Position numbers and translations under genes: made by a program
Assembly (NCBI GenBank): GCA_022710185.1
Contig: JAKLHK010000001.1
Coordinates: forward strand, 632-64,631
DNA: 64,000 nucleotides
Direction: 5' to 3'
From: Bacteroidota bacterium
GTDB lineage: Bacteria; Bacteroidota; Bacteroidia; Bacteroidales; JAGNHN01
Notes under the pieces: generated by a model
Databases searched by the model: none
The model's input: only the letters and a program-made list of their open reading frames with translations
Told to the model about the DNA's origin: nothing
Part shown: in pieces, positions 48,131 to 56,709 of the stretch
How positions within the stretch are numbered: position 1 is the stretch's first letter
How the letters are laid out: each line of letters starts with the position of its first letter

Positions 48131-48300
48131 GGATTGACGATTGCCGAATACCATTGACGATTGACGAGGTGGATTGACGATTGAGAGCGAGGAAAGCGGG
48201 AAAAGCGGGAAAAGCGGGAAGCGAAAATGCGAACTTGTGTACATCGCCCATCGCCCATCAATATGAGCCATCAACCATCATCCATCAACCATCGACCATC
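48131..48300 (+). repeat. Composite short-word repeat element, copy A
   Basis: Module order is (ATTGACG) pairs x3, (AAAAGCGGG) x3, CATCGCC x2, then CCATCAA/CCATCGA words x4-5. Confidence 0.8.
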
Positions 48301-48306
48301 GTTCCT

Positions 48307-48314
48307 TACCTTTG
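48307..48314 (+). promoter_or_regulatory. -7 box TACCTTTG, only 4 nt before the mnmA ATG
   Basis: TAnnTTTG match. The spacing would put the transcription start at or next to the ATG. Confidence 0.35.
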
Positions 48315-48318
48315 CAGC

Positions 48319-49386
48319 ATGAACATCGCTGCGCTGGTGTCGGGGGGAGTGGACAGCTCGGTTACCATTCCTATTCTAAAGGAGCAAGGGTATGATCCGG
48401 TGGTTTGCTATATCCGCATCACGTTGAAGGACGACCCTGCCTTCAGCGGGTGCCCCCAGGACGAGGACCTGGAGATCGTGCGCTACCTGGTACGCAAGTA
48501 TGGCTGCCGTTTCGAGGAAGTGGACCTGGAAAAAGAATACCGGGAGCGTATTATCGCATACCTCATCGATTCGGTGGCCCGGGGCTTTACGCCCAATCCG
48601 GATGTGCTCTGCAACCGCCTGATCAAGTTCGGGGCCTTCGAGGAGAAGCTCGGGAAGGATTTCGACCTGATAACCACCGGGCATTATGCCCGCAAGGAGG
48701 TGATTGACGGGGTCCATTGCCTGAAAACCGCGGCTGACCGTCATAAGGACCAGACCTATTTCCTTGCCAGGATCACGGAGGATCAGCTGCGCAAAATCAG
48801 CTTCCCCATTGGTGAGCTGTTGAAGGCGGAAGTACGGGAGTGGGCGGAACGGGAAAAGCTCCCCAGTGCTCACCGCCCCGACAGTCAGGGGATCTGCTTT
48901 CTGGGAGAGATAAATTATAATGATTTCATTAAGAGATATATAGGAGAAAAAACCGGCCGGATCGTTGAGTTGGAAACGGGGCGTGTGCTCGGGAACCACA
49001 AGGGCTTCTGGTTCCACACCATCGGCCAGCGCAAGGGACTGGGGCTGGCCCAGGGGCCTTGGTTCGTGGTAAAAAAGGACCCTGAAGAGAACGTGGTGTA
49101 CGTGTCCCATGGCTATGATCCCGAGGCCCAGTATCGCAGCGCAGTGTTGCTCGGGGACTTCCTCAGCCTGGGTAAGGGCCCCTTTGAGGGAGATGGGCCA
49201 TGGCCGGTCAGTTTGAAGATCCGCCACACCCCGGAGTTTATGCCGGCGCAAATGCGCCGGGAGGGAGCCTTGATGCAACTGTTGCCGGAAAGTGCCATGT
49301 CGGGCGTGGCCCCCGGACAGTTCGGAGTAGTCTATGATCCCGAAATGAACCTTTGCCTGGGGAGTGGGGTTATTGTTGATGGTTGA
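48319..49386 (+). CDS. mnmA: tRNA 2-thiouridine(34) synthase
   Basis: Frame of track ORF 48181..49386, started at MNIAALVSGGVDSS (PP-loop SGGxDS). MnmA-like throughout (TGHYAR, DQTYFL). Confidence 0.88.
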   Translation: MNIAALVSGGVDSSVTIPILKEQGYDPVVCYIRITLKDDPAFSGCPQDEDLEIVRYLVRKYGCRFEEVDLEKEYRERIIAYLIDSVARGFTPNPDVLCNRLIKFGAFEEKLGKDFDLITTGHYARKEVIDGVHCLKTAADRHKDQTYFLARITEDQLRKISFPIGELLKAEVREWAEREKLPSAHRPDSQGICFLGEINYNDFIKRYIGEKTGRIVELETGRVLGNHKGFWFHTIGQRKGLGLAQGPWFVVKKDPEENVVYVSHGYDPEAQYRSAVLLGDFLSLGKGPFEGDGPWPVSLKIRHTPEFMPAQMRREGALMQLLPESAMSGVAPGQFGVVYDPEMNLCLGSGVIVDG

Positions 49387-49473
49387 TGGTTGATGCTTCG
49401 ACAGGCTCAGCACAAGGGGGTGATTTTGATTTGCGATGGGCGATGTACCCATGTGCGCATGTGTGCATTTTTC
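49376..49473 (-). repeat. Composite short-word repeat element, copy B (inverted relative to A)
   Basis: TTGATGG x3 spans the mnmA stop codon. GCGATGGGCGATGTAC and GCATTTTTC are reverse-complement counterparts of modules in copy A. Confidence 0.7.
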
Positions 49474-49614
49474 TGTCACCGCGAAGCAGGAGTTGCCCCT
49501 ATGGAAAAAACGATTGCCGGTTGTGCGAATACAGGTCATCCGACTCATGAGCCTCAGCGCTTCTCTTTATCCAATGTTCCACTTTTCACTTTTCACTTCT
49601 AACGCTTAACTTCA

Positions 49615-50757
49615 ATGGAAAACTTCACCATGTATAATCCAACCCGCGTCCACTTCGGTAAGGGCGTGGTGGCAGGTTTGGGGAACACCGTAAGCGGCTA
49701 TGGCCGTCAGGTGCTCCTGGTTTACGGCAAGGGATCGATCAAGGCTAATGGGATCTACGACCAGGTGATGGGACAGCTGCAGGCGGTGGGCTCGGTGGTG
49801 CACGAGTATTCCGGGATCAAGTCGAACCCCCTGGTGGAGGATGTTGACCTGGCAGCGGAGCTGGGCAGGGAGAAAGGGGTGGATGTAATCGTTGCCGTGG
49901 GCGGCGGCAGCGTGATCGACAGCGCCAAGGTAATCAGCATCACGATTCCGGCCGACCATGGTGCCTGGGAGTTCATGGAGGGGCGGCGCAAACCCCGGGC
50001 TGCCGTGCCGCTCATCAGCGTGCTTACCCTGGCGGCTACCGGGACGGAAATGAACAAGTTCGCCGTGATCCAGGATACGGCCAACCACAGGAAACTGGGG
50101 TATGGGCATGACCTTATTTATCCGAGGCACTCATTCCTGGATCCTGCGTATACCTTGAGTGTCAACGCGGGCTATACCGCATACGGTATTGCCGACCTTA
50201 TGGCCCACGCCATGGAGTTGTGGTTTGGGGAGGGCGATGCCCCGCTGAGCGACCGCTTCATCCTTGCTATCATGCAGGAGGCCCTGGAAGCCGGGCCCCT
50301 GCTGATGAAGGAGCTGGGGAACTACGAGCTGAGGGCCCGCATCATGTATGCCGCTACTTCTGCCCTTAACGGGTTTACCGCCTATGGCAAGGCGAAGGGT
50401 GACTGGGGGGTGCATTCCTTCGGCCATGTGCTCAGCGTGATGTACGATGTACCGCACGGGGCCTCGCTCAGCATAGTATATCCTGCCTGGCTGAAACTGA
50501 TGCAGGAAAGGATCCCTGAGCGGGTGGGGGCCCTGATGAAGGGTCTTTTCGGGACTGACGACAGCAGTGAGGGCATTGCTCGCCTGGAGGCTTTCTTACT
50601 GGAGCTGGGATGTCCGGTACGTTTGGCCGACCATTACGCCGGAGACTGGGACAAAGAAGCCGTGGTGGCCGTGATGGAGCGCAATGCGTCGAACGGGGCG
50701 GTGCACAAGCTCAGTGCAGAGGATTACCGTTTGTTGGTGGATTTGTATTTTTCGTGA
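49615..50757 (+). CDS. Iron-containing (group III) alcohol dehydrogenase, YqhD/BdhA-like
   Basis: 380 aa with VAVGGGSVIDSAK and the Fe-ADH histidine pattern (HAMELWFG..., HSFGHVLS). Confidence 0.85.
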   Translation: MENFTMYNPTRVHFGKGVVAGLGNTVSGYGRQVLLVYGKGSIKANGIYDQVMGQLQAVGSVVHEYSGIKSNPLVEDVDLAAELGREKGVDVIVAVGGGSVIDSAKVISITIPADHGAWEFMEGRRKPRAAVPLISVLTLAATGTEMNKFAVIQDTANHRKLGYGHDLIYPRHSFLDPAYTLSVNAGYTAYGIADLMAHAMELWFGEGDAPLSDRFILAIMQEALEAGPLLMKELGNYELRARIMYAATSALNGFTAYGKAKGDWGVHSFGHVLSVMYDVPHGASLSIVYPAWLKLMQERIPERVGALMKGLFGTDDSSEGIARLEAFLLELGCPVRLADHYAGDWDKEAVVAVMERNASNGAVHKLSAEDYRLLVDLYFS

Positions 50758-50810
50758 GGGTAAAGGGGGGAAAGGGCTGTGCTATACCCTTGATTTTCTT
50801 TTAATTAGCC

Positions 50811-50880
50811 CCCCCTAACCGTTATAACCGTTTATAACCGTTATAACGGATATAACGGTTAAGGGGACGTATAACGCTGA
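50811..50880. repeat. Phased TATAAC(C/G)G array with nested palindromes
   Basis: TATAAC occurs at 50823, 50833, 50842, 50851 and 50870 (spacings 10, 9, 9, 19). CCGTTATAACGG is a perfect palindrome at 50838-50849. The outer arms CCCCTAACCGTTATA / TATAACGGTTAAGGGG also pair. Confidence 0.75.
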
Positions 50881-50897
50881 TCCTGAGTCGACTACAT

Positions 50898-51010
50898 TTG
50901 CCTCCTCCTCCAACGCCCTCCCATAACCCCTCTTCCATTCCGCCTCCCTACCCCATCTTTCCACACCCCCCTGTGCATAACAATCCACCCCACTCTCTTC
51001 CAGGGGTACC
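50898..51010 (+). other. Polypyrimidine (C/T-rich, nearly G-free) tract
   Basis: About 110 nt of CCTCCTCC...CCCTACCCCATCTTTCC with only a handful of G residues on the plus strand. Confidence 0.7.
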
Positions 51011-51403
51011 TCCTGGAATTAACTTTAGTTCAGCCCGTTCTTTGAAGCGCCTGTTTATGCCCAGTGAAGGCTCCTGGGAATGCCTTTCCCCTGGCCGTTT
51101 CAGTCCGTCCAGGCTATGACTCTCATTATTAATCTGTTATATTTGTGATGCGTCTCATATCCATATTCAAGGCAATCTGAACGTATTTGCCTCATAATAT
51201 GTTAGTTACGCTATCTGTTCCCAGAAAATGAAAAACGCACCGGGCCCAAAATGCGCTTCATCCCGAGGTCAAGGGACCTACGGAAGTCCTCTGTCGCCAG
51301 GCCATAAAGCCAGTGCGGCATCCACGGCAAAAGGCCGGGAAAATGGACGACCTACAAGCCCCTTTCCGGGATATTAACATACATCAACCTGATCATCAAT
51401 GCT

Positions 51404-54241
51404 TTGAAAGAAGCTGTTCACAACATACGCACCCTCGCCCTACTCCTGATGGTCCTGAGCGGCACCCTGCACCTCCAGGCACAGGTTTTCCCTATCGGGA
51501 TGTTCAACGGGCAGACCATCACCACCTGCAGCGGCACCTTCTACGATGCCGGGGGTAACTATGCCGGGTATACATTCAACGAAGACTACAGCATCACCTT
51601 CTGTTCCTCCGACCCACTCAACACCCATATCAAACTCTATTTCACCACGTTCAACGTTCAGGCCGGGGATACCCTGTGGATATTCGACGGACCGACCATT
51701 GCTTCCCCTCTGCTGGGAACATTCCATACCGGCAACAACCCCAGTCTGCAGTTTTTCATGGCTACCATGGCCAACAGCAGCGGATGCCTGACCGCCCGCT
51801 TCGTGTCCGACGCCCAGCTTAACGCCCCCGGATGGGCCGCAGGCATTACCTGCAACACCATCTGCCAGCAGGTCATTGCCGCCTTCGACAGCAGCGCCTC
51901 CTCCCATCTACCCAGTGATTCAGGATACATCGACCTCTGCCTGGGCGAAGCCGTGACCTTCGCAGGCAGTGGATCCTATCCCTACAATCAGCTGACCTAC
52001 GCACAATCCGATACCTCCTCGCTTTTCGTATGGCATTTCAGCGACGGCACCACCGATACCGGACAAGTGGTGACCCATACCTTTGACAGCGTTATGGGGT
52101 ACGATGTGAACCTGCGCATCACCGACGACCATGGGTGCAGCAGTACCAACAGCCTGGGTATACGCGTCCGTACCGGGGGCAACCCATTGAGACGTATCAA
52201 CCCACTGCCCGGCATTTGCCTGGGCGACACCGCGCTGCTAAATATCGGGGACCACAGCGGAGACCACTTTATCGTGAGGCCGGTGCACCATGAGCAGACG
52301 GCCCAGTTGCGCTACGACAGCCTCACCTTTATCCCCGACGGGGGCGCCTCCGGAGGCCAGTGCTACACTTCCTCCGTCACCTTCAGCCTCTTCGATCCCG
52401 GACAGACGGTGCTCGATTCCGTCGACATCCTCTCCGTTCGTCTTAATGCCGAGCACAGCTGGGTGGGTGATCTCAAGATCCGTCTGGTGTGCCCCAACGG
52501 ACAGAGCGTCATCCTGAAAGATTATATCCAGAATGGGGGTGCCGACCTGGGACAGCCCAATTTCAGCGACTGCCTTCTCCCCTGGTGCGTCAGCCTGCCG
52601 GCCCAGAACCCCCCGGGAGCCGGATGGACCTATACCTGGTCGATGACTGCCCCCTTGGGCGTGATGAACGACTATGTCACCCTACCCCAGCTCGACAGTC
52701 TGACCTACCGCCCCGAACAAAGCTTCAGCGACCTTGCCGGCTGCCCGCTCAACGGGACATGGACCATGGAAGTGTGCGACTATTGGGCATATGACAACGG
52801 TTACATCTTCTGGTGGGAATTGGAGATCGACCCGGCCCTCATCCCGCAGGCCTGGGAATATACGGTTCCTATAGATTCCCTCTGGTTCAGCGGTCCCCAC
52901 ATCCTTTCAGCCTCGGACAGCCTGCTTACCATAGCGCACAACGCAGCGGGGACCTATCCCTATACTATGGATATCGTAGACCATTACGGCTGCCAATTCG
53001 ATACCACCTTTACCCTCAGCGTGCATGCCCTGCCCGATGCAGGGCTGCCTTCGGATACCCTGTTTTGTGAAGGCCATGCCGCACCGGTGTTGCAAAGCGC
53101 CGGAATGGGCCCGGGCTCAGCCTATGCCTGGTGGAAGAACGGAAGCCTTGTTTCCACCAACCCATCCTTCCATACCGGGAGTGCCGGAACCTTTGTCCTG
53201 GGGGTGATCGACAGCAATGGCTGCCGCGCTTCGGACACCATCCTGGTCAGCCAGTCACCTAAGCCCTGGTGGGATACAAGCATCCAGGAAGCCACCTGCG
53301 GGCTGGCCAACGGGCTGGCCAATGTCCTGACCACCGATTCAAGTCTCCAGATTATCTGGGCGACCCTGCCCCCACGGCCCGGCCCCATACTTTCTGATGC
53401 ACTGCCCGGAACTTACCTCTACATCGTCCAGGATGCCCTCTGCACCTATACCGATTCTGTCATCATCGGCCATATTCCCCCGCCCACATGGGCTGTCGCC
53501 TCGATGCAGGAAGAAAACTGCGGCAAGGGCAATGGCGAGATCCGTCTTCTCCTTGGCGGCGGCAGTCCGCCCTACACCCTTGAATGGGCTACCCAGCCCT
53601 CACAAACCGGCCCCCTGGCCAGCGGGCTGCATGCAGGGTCGATCGGGTTCACCCTGAGCGACAGTATTTGTGTGATCAGTGACTCGGTGCTCCTTGGCCA
53701 CATTCCCGGTGCCAGTGCGGCCTTCAGCTTTCTTCCCTCCATCGCTGAAATGCCCGAGGCCATCTACCGCTTCCGCGACGAGAGTGATCCCGGGGTAGTG
53801 AGCTGGCGCTGGGACTTCGGAGATGGCATGGGCACCTCCATGGAGGCCAATCCGGTATACCGCTATCAGCGTGCCGATACCTTCCAGGTGCTCCTGGTGA
53901 CCAGCGACACCGCCGGCTGCCCGGATTCCGCCCGGGCCACCCTGAGCGTCCGCGATTTTCTTACCCTATACATCCCCAACGCCTTTACCCCCAATGGCGA
54001 TGGCCTCAACGAAGGCTTCGGCCCCCAGGGATACAACCTTGAGGTAGAGGCATTTGAAATGAGCATCTTCGATCGCTGGGGAAAACTGGTTTTCTTCAGC
54101 CGTGACCATCAGGAGACCTGGAACGGCAGGCTGAACAACCAGGGTGACCTGGTACCCCTGGGCGCTTATGCCTACCGCATCCTCCTCAAGGCCGCCCACC
54201 GTCCCCTGCAGCAGTTCCGCGGCACCGTGACGGTTTATTAG
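51404..54241 (+). CDS. Large T9SS type B cargo protein (CUB, PKD, proprotein-convertase P domain, C-terminal gliding-motility-associated sorting domain)
   Basis: 945 aa with a TTG start and a signal peptide (LALLLMVLSGTLHLQAQ). It has PKD blocks (WHFSDGTTDTG, WRWDFGDGMG), a P-domain block (HSWVGDLKIRLVCPNGQ) and the C-terminal motif IPNAFTPNGDGLNEGF. Confidence 0.8.
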   Translation: MKEAVHNIRTLALLLMVLSGTLHLQAQVFPIGMFNGQTITTCSGTFYDAGGNYAGYTFNEDYSITFCSSDPLNTHIKLYFTTFNVQAGDTLWIFDGPTIASPLLGTFHTGNNPSLQFFMATMANSSGCLTARFVSDAQLNAPGWAAGITCNTICQQVIAAFDSSASSHLPSDSGYIDLCLGEAVTFAGSGSYPYNQLTYAQSDTSSLFVWHFSDGTTDTGQVVTHTFDSVMGYDVNLRITDDHGCSSTNSLGIRVRTGGNPLRRINPLPGICLGDTALLNIGDHSGDHFIVRPVHHEQTAQLRYDSLTFIPDGGASGGQCYTSSVTFSLFDPGQTVLDSVDILSVRLNAEHSWVGDLKIRLVCPNGQSVILKDYIQNGGADLGQPNFSDCLLPWCVSLPAQNPPGAGWTYTWSMTAPLGVMNDYVTLPQLDSLTYRPEQSFSDLAGCPLNGTWTMEVCDYWAYDNGYIFWWELEIDPALIPQAWEYTVPIDSLWFSGPHILSASDSLLTIAHNAAGTYPYTMDIVDHYGCQFDTTFTLSVHALPDAGLPSDTLFCEGHAAPVLQSAGMGPGSAYAWWKNGSLVSTNPSFHTGSAGTFVLGVIDSNGCRASDTILVSQSPKPWWDTSIQEATCGLANGLANVLTTDSSLQIIWATLPPRPGPILSDALPGTYLYIVQDALCTYTDSVIIGHIPPPTWAVASMQEENCGKGNGEIRLLLGGGSPPYTLEWATQPSQTGPLASGLHAGSIGFTLSDSICVISDSVLLGHIPGASAAFSFLPSIAEMPEAIYRFRDESDPGVVSWRWDFGDGMGTSMEANPVYRYQRADTFQVLLVTSDTAGCPDSARATLSVRDFLTLYIPNAFTPNGDGLNEGFGPQGYNLEVEAFEMSIFDRWGKLVFFSRDHQETWNGRLNNQGDLVPLGAYAYRILLKAAHRPLQQFRGTVTVY

Positions 54242-54373
54242 GCTCGGTGACGATTTCCGTAACCCGATTGCCCCTCCCTGAAGGCTGAGCAAGCAACCAA
54301 TTACGTATTAGTTTGGGTTTCCCGTAAGCCACTTGGGATCCGGTACCTGCAGCGTACTCGTAGGTTGGGTATT

Positions 54374-54401
54374 AAAAAAGGCCGGAGTGGAAACCCCGGC
54401 C
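54374..54401 (-). terminator. Rho-independent terminator after the EF-G paralog
   Basis: On the minus strand: GGCCGG-10 nt-CCGGCC followed by TTTTTT. Confidence 0.6.
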
Positions 54402-54469
54402 AGTTGCAAGCGGATATCGAACCTAAACATTTTTCATTCCTTGTTCGACATTCCTTGTTCAGTGTTCTT

Positions 54470-56605
54470 CTAGTCTTCTTCCTCCTGCTGATCTTCGTAC
54501 TCTTTCAGCAGTTTATCCTGGACATCCCCGGGAACCTGGGCATACTCAGCAAAGGCGAGCGAGTACATGGCCCGCCCGCTGGTGATGGAGCTGAGGGAGG
54601 TGGAGTAGCGGTTCATTTCGGCCAGGGGCACCCGGGCCTTGATCTTCTGGTAGGTCCCTTCGGATTCCATACCGAGGATTACCGCGCGGCGGCCCTGTAG
54701 GTCGGTCATCACATCGCCCATACGGTCCTCAGGAACGATGACTTCCACATCGTAGATGGGCTCAAGGATCTTGGGGCCGGCATTTTTGAATGCCTCCCGG
54801 AAGGCGTTGCGCGAAGCCAGCTTGAAGGAGATTTCGTTGGAATCAACCGGGTGCATTTTCCCGTCATAGATGTTCACCACGATGTCGCGGGCGTATGATC
54901 CGGTGAGGGGACCGCTCTCCATCTTCTCCATGAGCCCCTTCATGATGGCCGGCATAAAACGTGCGTCGATGGCGCCGCCAACAATGCAGTTGTTCAGGAG
55001 GAGCTTGCCCCCCCAGCTCAGGGGCACTTCTTCAGTGCCACGAATGGGGAATTCCTTCTGCGGATCCATCCCTTCCACATAGGGGTGAATCATCATATGC
55101 ACTTCACCGAACTGGCCCGATCCACCGGACTGCTTCTTGTGGCGGTACATCGACTTGGCCGATTTGGTAATGGTCTCACGGTAGGGGATCCTCGGGGCGA
55201 AGTATTCCATGGGAACCTTGTCCAGGGTCTCCACATGCCACTTTACGAAGTTCAGGTGAAGTTCACCCTGCCCACTCACGATCATCTGCTTGAGTTCCTT
55301 CGACATTTCCACTTTGAGGGTAGGGTCCATGCGGTGGATCTCGTGCAGCGCGCCGGCGAGCTTCTCTTCATCAGCGGTGTTCTTGGCCCGGGCAGCCATT
55401 GAGATCTTGGGATTGGGGAATACGATAGGTGCCACCACATCCTCAGCGTTCTTCAATCCGCATAGGGTATCGTTGGTTGCGGTATCCTTGAGCTTGATGG
55501 TTGCGCCGATGTCGCCGGCTACCATTTTATCCACCTTCTGACGGTTCTTGCCCCAGATGGAAAAGATCTGTGATATCCTTTCCTTGTTGTCTCGACGCGG
55601 ATTGTTCACGTCCAGTGCTTCGGTGAGCTCTCCACTGAGGACTTTGAAGAAGGAGATCTCTCCGATATGCGATTCGATGCTGGTCTTGAAAACAAGGGCC
55701 ACGAAACCGGCAGCGGCATCGCACCTGATCTCCTTGCCTCCTGTGGTACGCAGCGGAGTGACGCTGTGGGGGGCTGGTGCGGCGGACGCGATGAACTCCA
55801 TCAGCACGCCAACACCCATATTGTGCTTGGCATTAGTACAGAAGACAGGGTAAATGTCCCGGTTGGCGATGCCCTTCTCCAGACCGACGTGCAGTTCTTC
55901 TTCCGTAAGTGTGCCATTTTCGAAGAACTTCTCCATCAGGGCCTCATCGGCTTCCGCAGCGTTCTCTATCAGACGGGCCTGCAGGTCCTCAGCCTTGGCC
56001 CTTTCTGCATCGGGGATATCCAGCACTTCGGGTGCTCCGCCGTTGGCAGGGAACTTCAACATCTTCATCTTCACCAGGTCGATGATGGCATTGAATGATG
56101 CTCCGGGGTTCATAGGGTATTGGGCAAGGGTGACCTTGGGACCGAACTGAGCGGTGAGCTGGCGCAGGGTCTCATCGAAATTGGAATTGTCGTGCTCCAG
56201 ATGGTTCACCACGAAGATCACCGGCTTTTCGTCGCGTGTAGTATAGCGCCAGGCGATCTCGGCCCCGACCTCAACACCGTTCTGGGCATTGATGACCATC
56301 AGGGCGGTATCGGCTACCTTGAGCGCAGCCACCACCTCGCCCACGAAGTCATCCATGCCAGGGCAATCGATGATATTGATCTTCTTCCCTTTATATTCGG
56401 CATACATTACCGTGGACGACACCGAGTTCTGGCGCTCCAGCTCAATCTGCCGGTAGTCCGACACCGTGTTCTTGTCATCTACGGATCCCCTGCGGCTGAT
56501 CAGCCCTCCTTCAAAGAGCATACATTCTGCCAGCGTGGTCTTGCCCGCCTTCGCACCCCCAACCAGGGCGATGTTTCTGATCTCGTTCGTTTGATAAACC
56601 TTCAT
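54470..56605 (-). CDS. Elongation factor G paralog (EF-G2-like, lacks the switch II histidine)
   Basis: 711 aa and EF-G-like throughout. However, G1 is GGAKAGKT (canonical AHIDAGKT), switch II is DCPGM (canonical DTPGH), and the tail is acidic (EYEDQQEEED). Confidence 0.85.
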   Translation of the reverse strand: MKVYQTNEIRNIALVGGAKAGKTTLAECMLFEGGLISRRGSVDDKNTVSDYRQIELERQNSVSSTVMYAEYKGKKINIIDCPGMDDFVGEVVAALKVADTALMVINAQNGVEVGAEIAWRYTTRDEKPVIFVVNHLEHDNSNFDETLRQLTAQFGPKVTLAQYPMNPGASFNAIIDLVKMKMLKFPANGGAPEVLDIPDAERAKAEDLQARLIENAAEADEALMEKFFENGTLTEEELHVGLEKGIANRDIYPVFCTNAKHNMGVGVLMEFIASAAPAPHSVTPLRTTGGKEIRCDAAAGFVALVFKTSIESHIGEISFFKVLSGELTEALDVNNPRRDNKERISQIFSIWGKNRQKVDKMVAGDIGATIKLKDTATNDTLCGLKNAEDVVAPIVFPNPKISMAARAKNTADEEKLAGALHEIHRMDPTLKVEMSKELKQMIVSGQGELHLNFVKWHVETLDKVPMEYFAPRIPYRETITKSAKSMYRHKKQSGGSGQFGEVHMMIHPYVEGMDPQKEFPIRGTEEVPLSWGGKLLLNNCIVGGAIDARFMPAIMKGLMEKMESGPLTGSYARDIVVNIYDGKMHPVDSNEISFKLASRNAFREAFKNAGPKILEPIYDVEVIVPEDRMGDVMTDLQGRRAVILGMESEGTYQKIKARVPLAEMNRYSTSLSSITSGRAMYSLAFAEYAQVPGDVQDKLLKEYEDQQEEED

Positions 56606-56652
56606 CGTATCGTTTAGTTAATCGATTTTAATACAGTATGTTCCGGAGGCGG

Positions 56653-56660
56653 CAAATTTA
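56653..56660 (-). promoter_or_regulatory. -7 box TAAATTTG (minus strand) for the EF-G paralog
   Basis: CAAATTTA on the plus strand, 48 nt upstream of the ATG at 56605. Confidence 0.45.
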
Positions 56661-56709
56661 TAAAAAACCGCATATAAACTAAAGAAAGTGCGTGCCGGGC
56701 CGATTTTCC

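Noticed and set aside
48131-48300. A possible CRISPR array suggested by the dense direct repeats.
   Set aside because: The units are only 7-9 nt and are directly tandem without unique spacers. There are no cas genes in the window, and the same words recur in other intergenic regions.
48181-48318. A TTG-started N-terminal extension of mnmA (MRARKAGKAGKAGSENAN...PSTIIHQPSTIV).
   Set aside because: The extension is just the translation of the tandem word repeats. The conserved MnmA PP-loop N-terminus begins at the ATG at 48319, and a -7 box lies at 48307-48314.
50898-51119. A 73-aa proline-rich ORF (MPPPPTPSHNPSSIPPPYP...).
   Set aside because: It is an artefact of translating the polypyrimidine tract. 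It has no start context or promoter box and an implausible composition.
51255-51300. An SRP (4.5S) RNA-like motif GAGGTCAAGGGACCTACGGAAGTCCTC.
   Set aside because: It bears only a superficial resemblance to the domain IV GGAA region. The conserved flanking symmetric/asymmetric loop sequence and the closing helix are absent.
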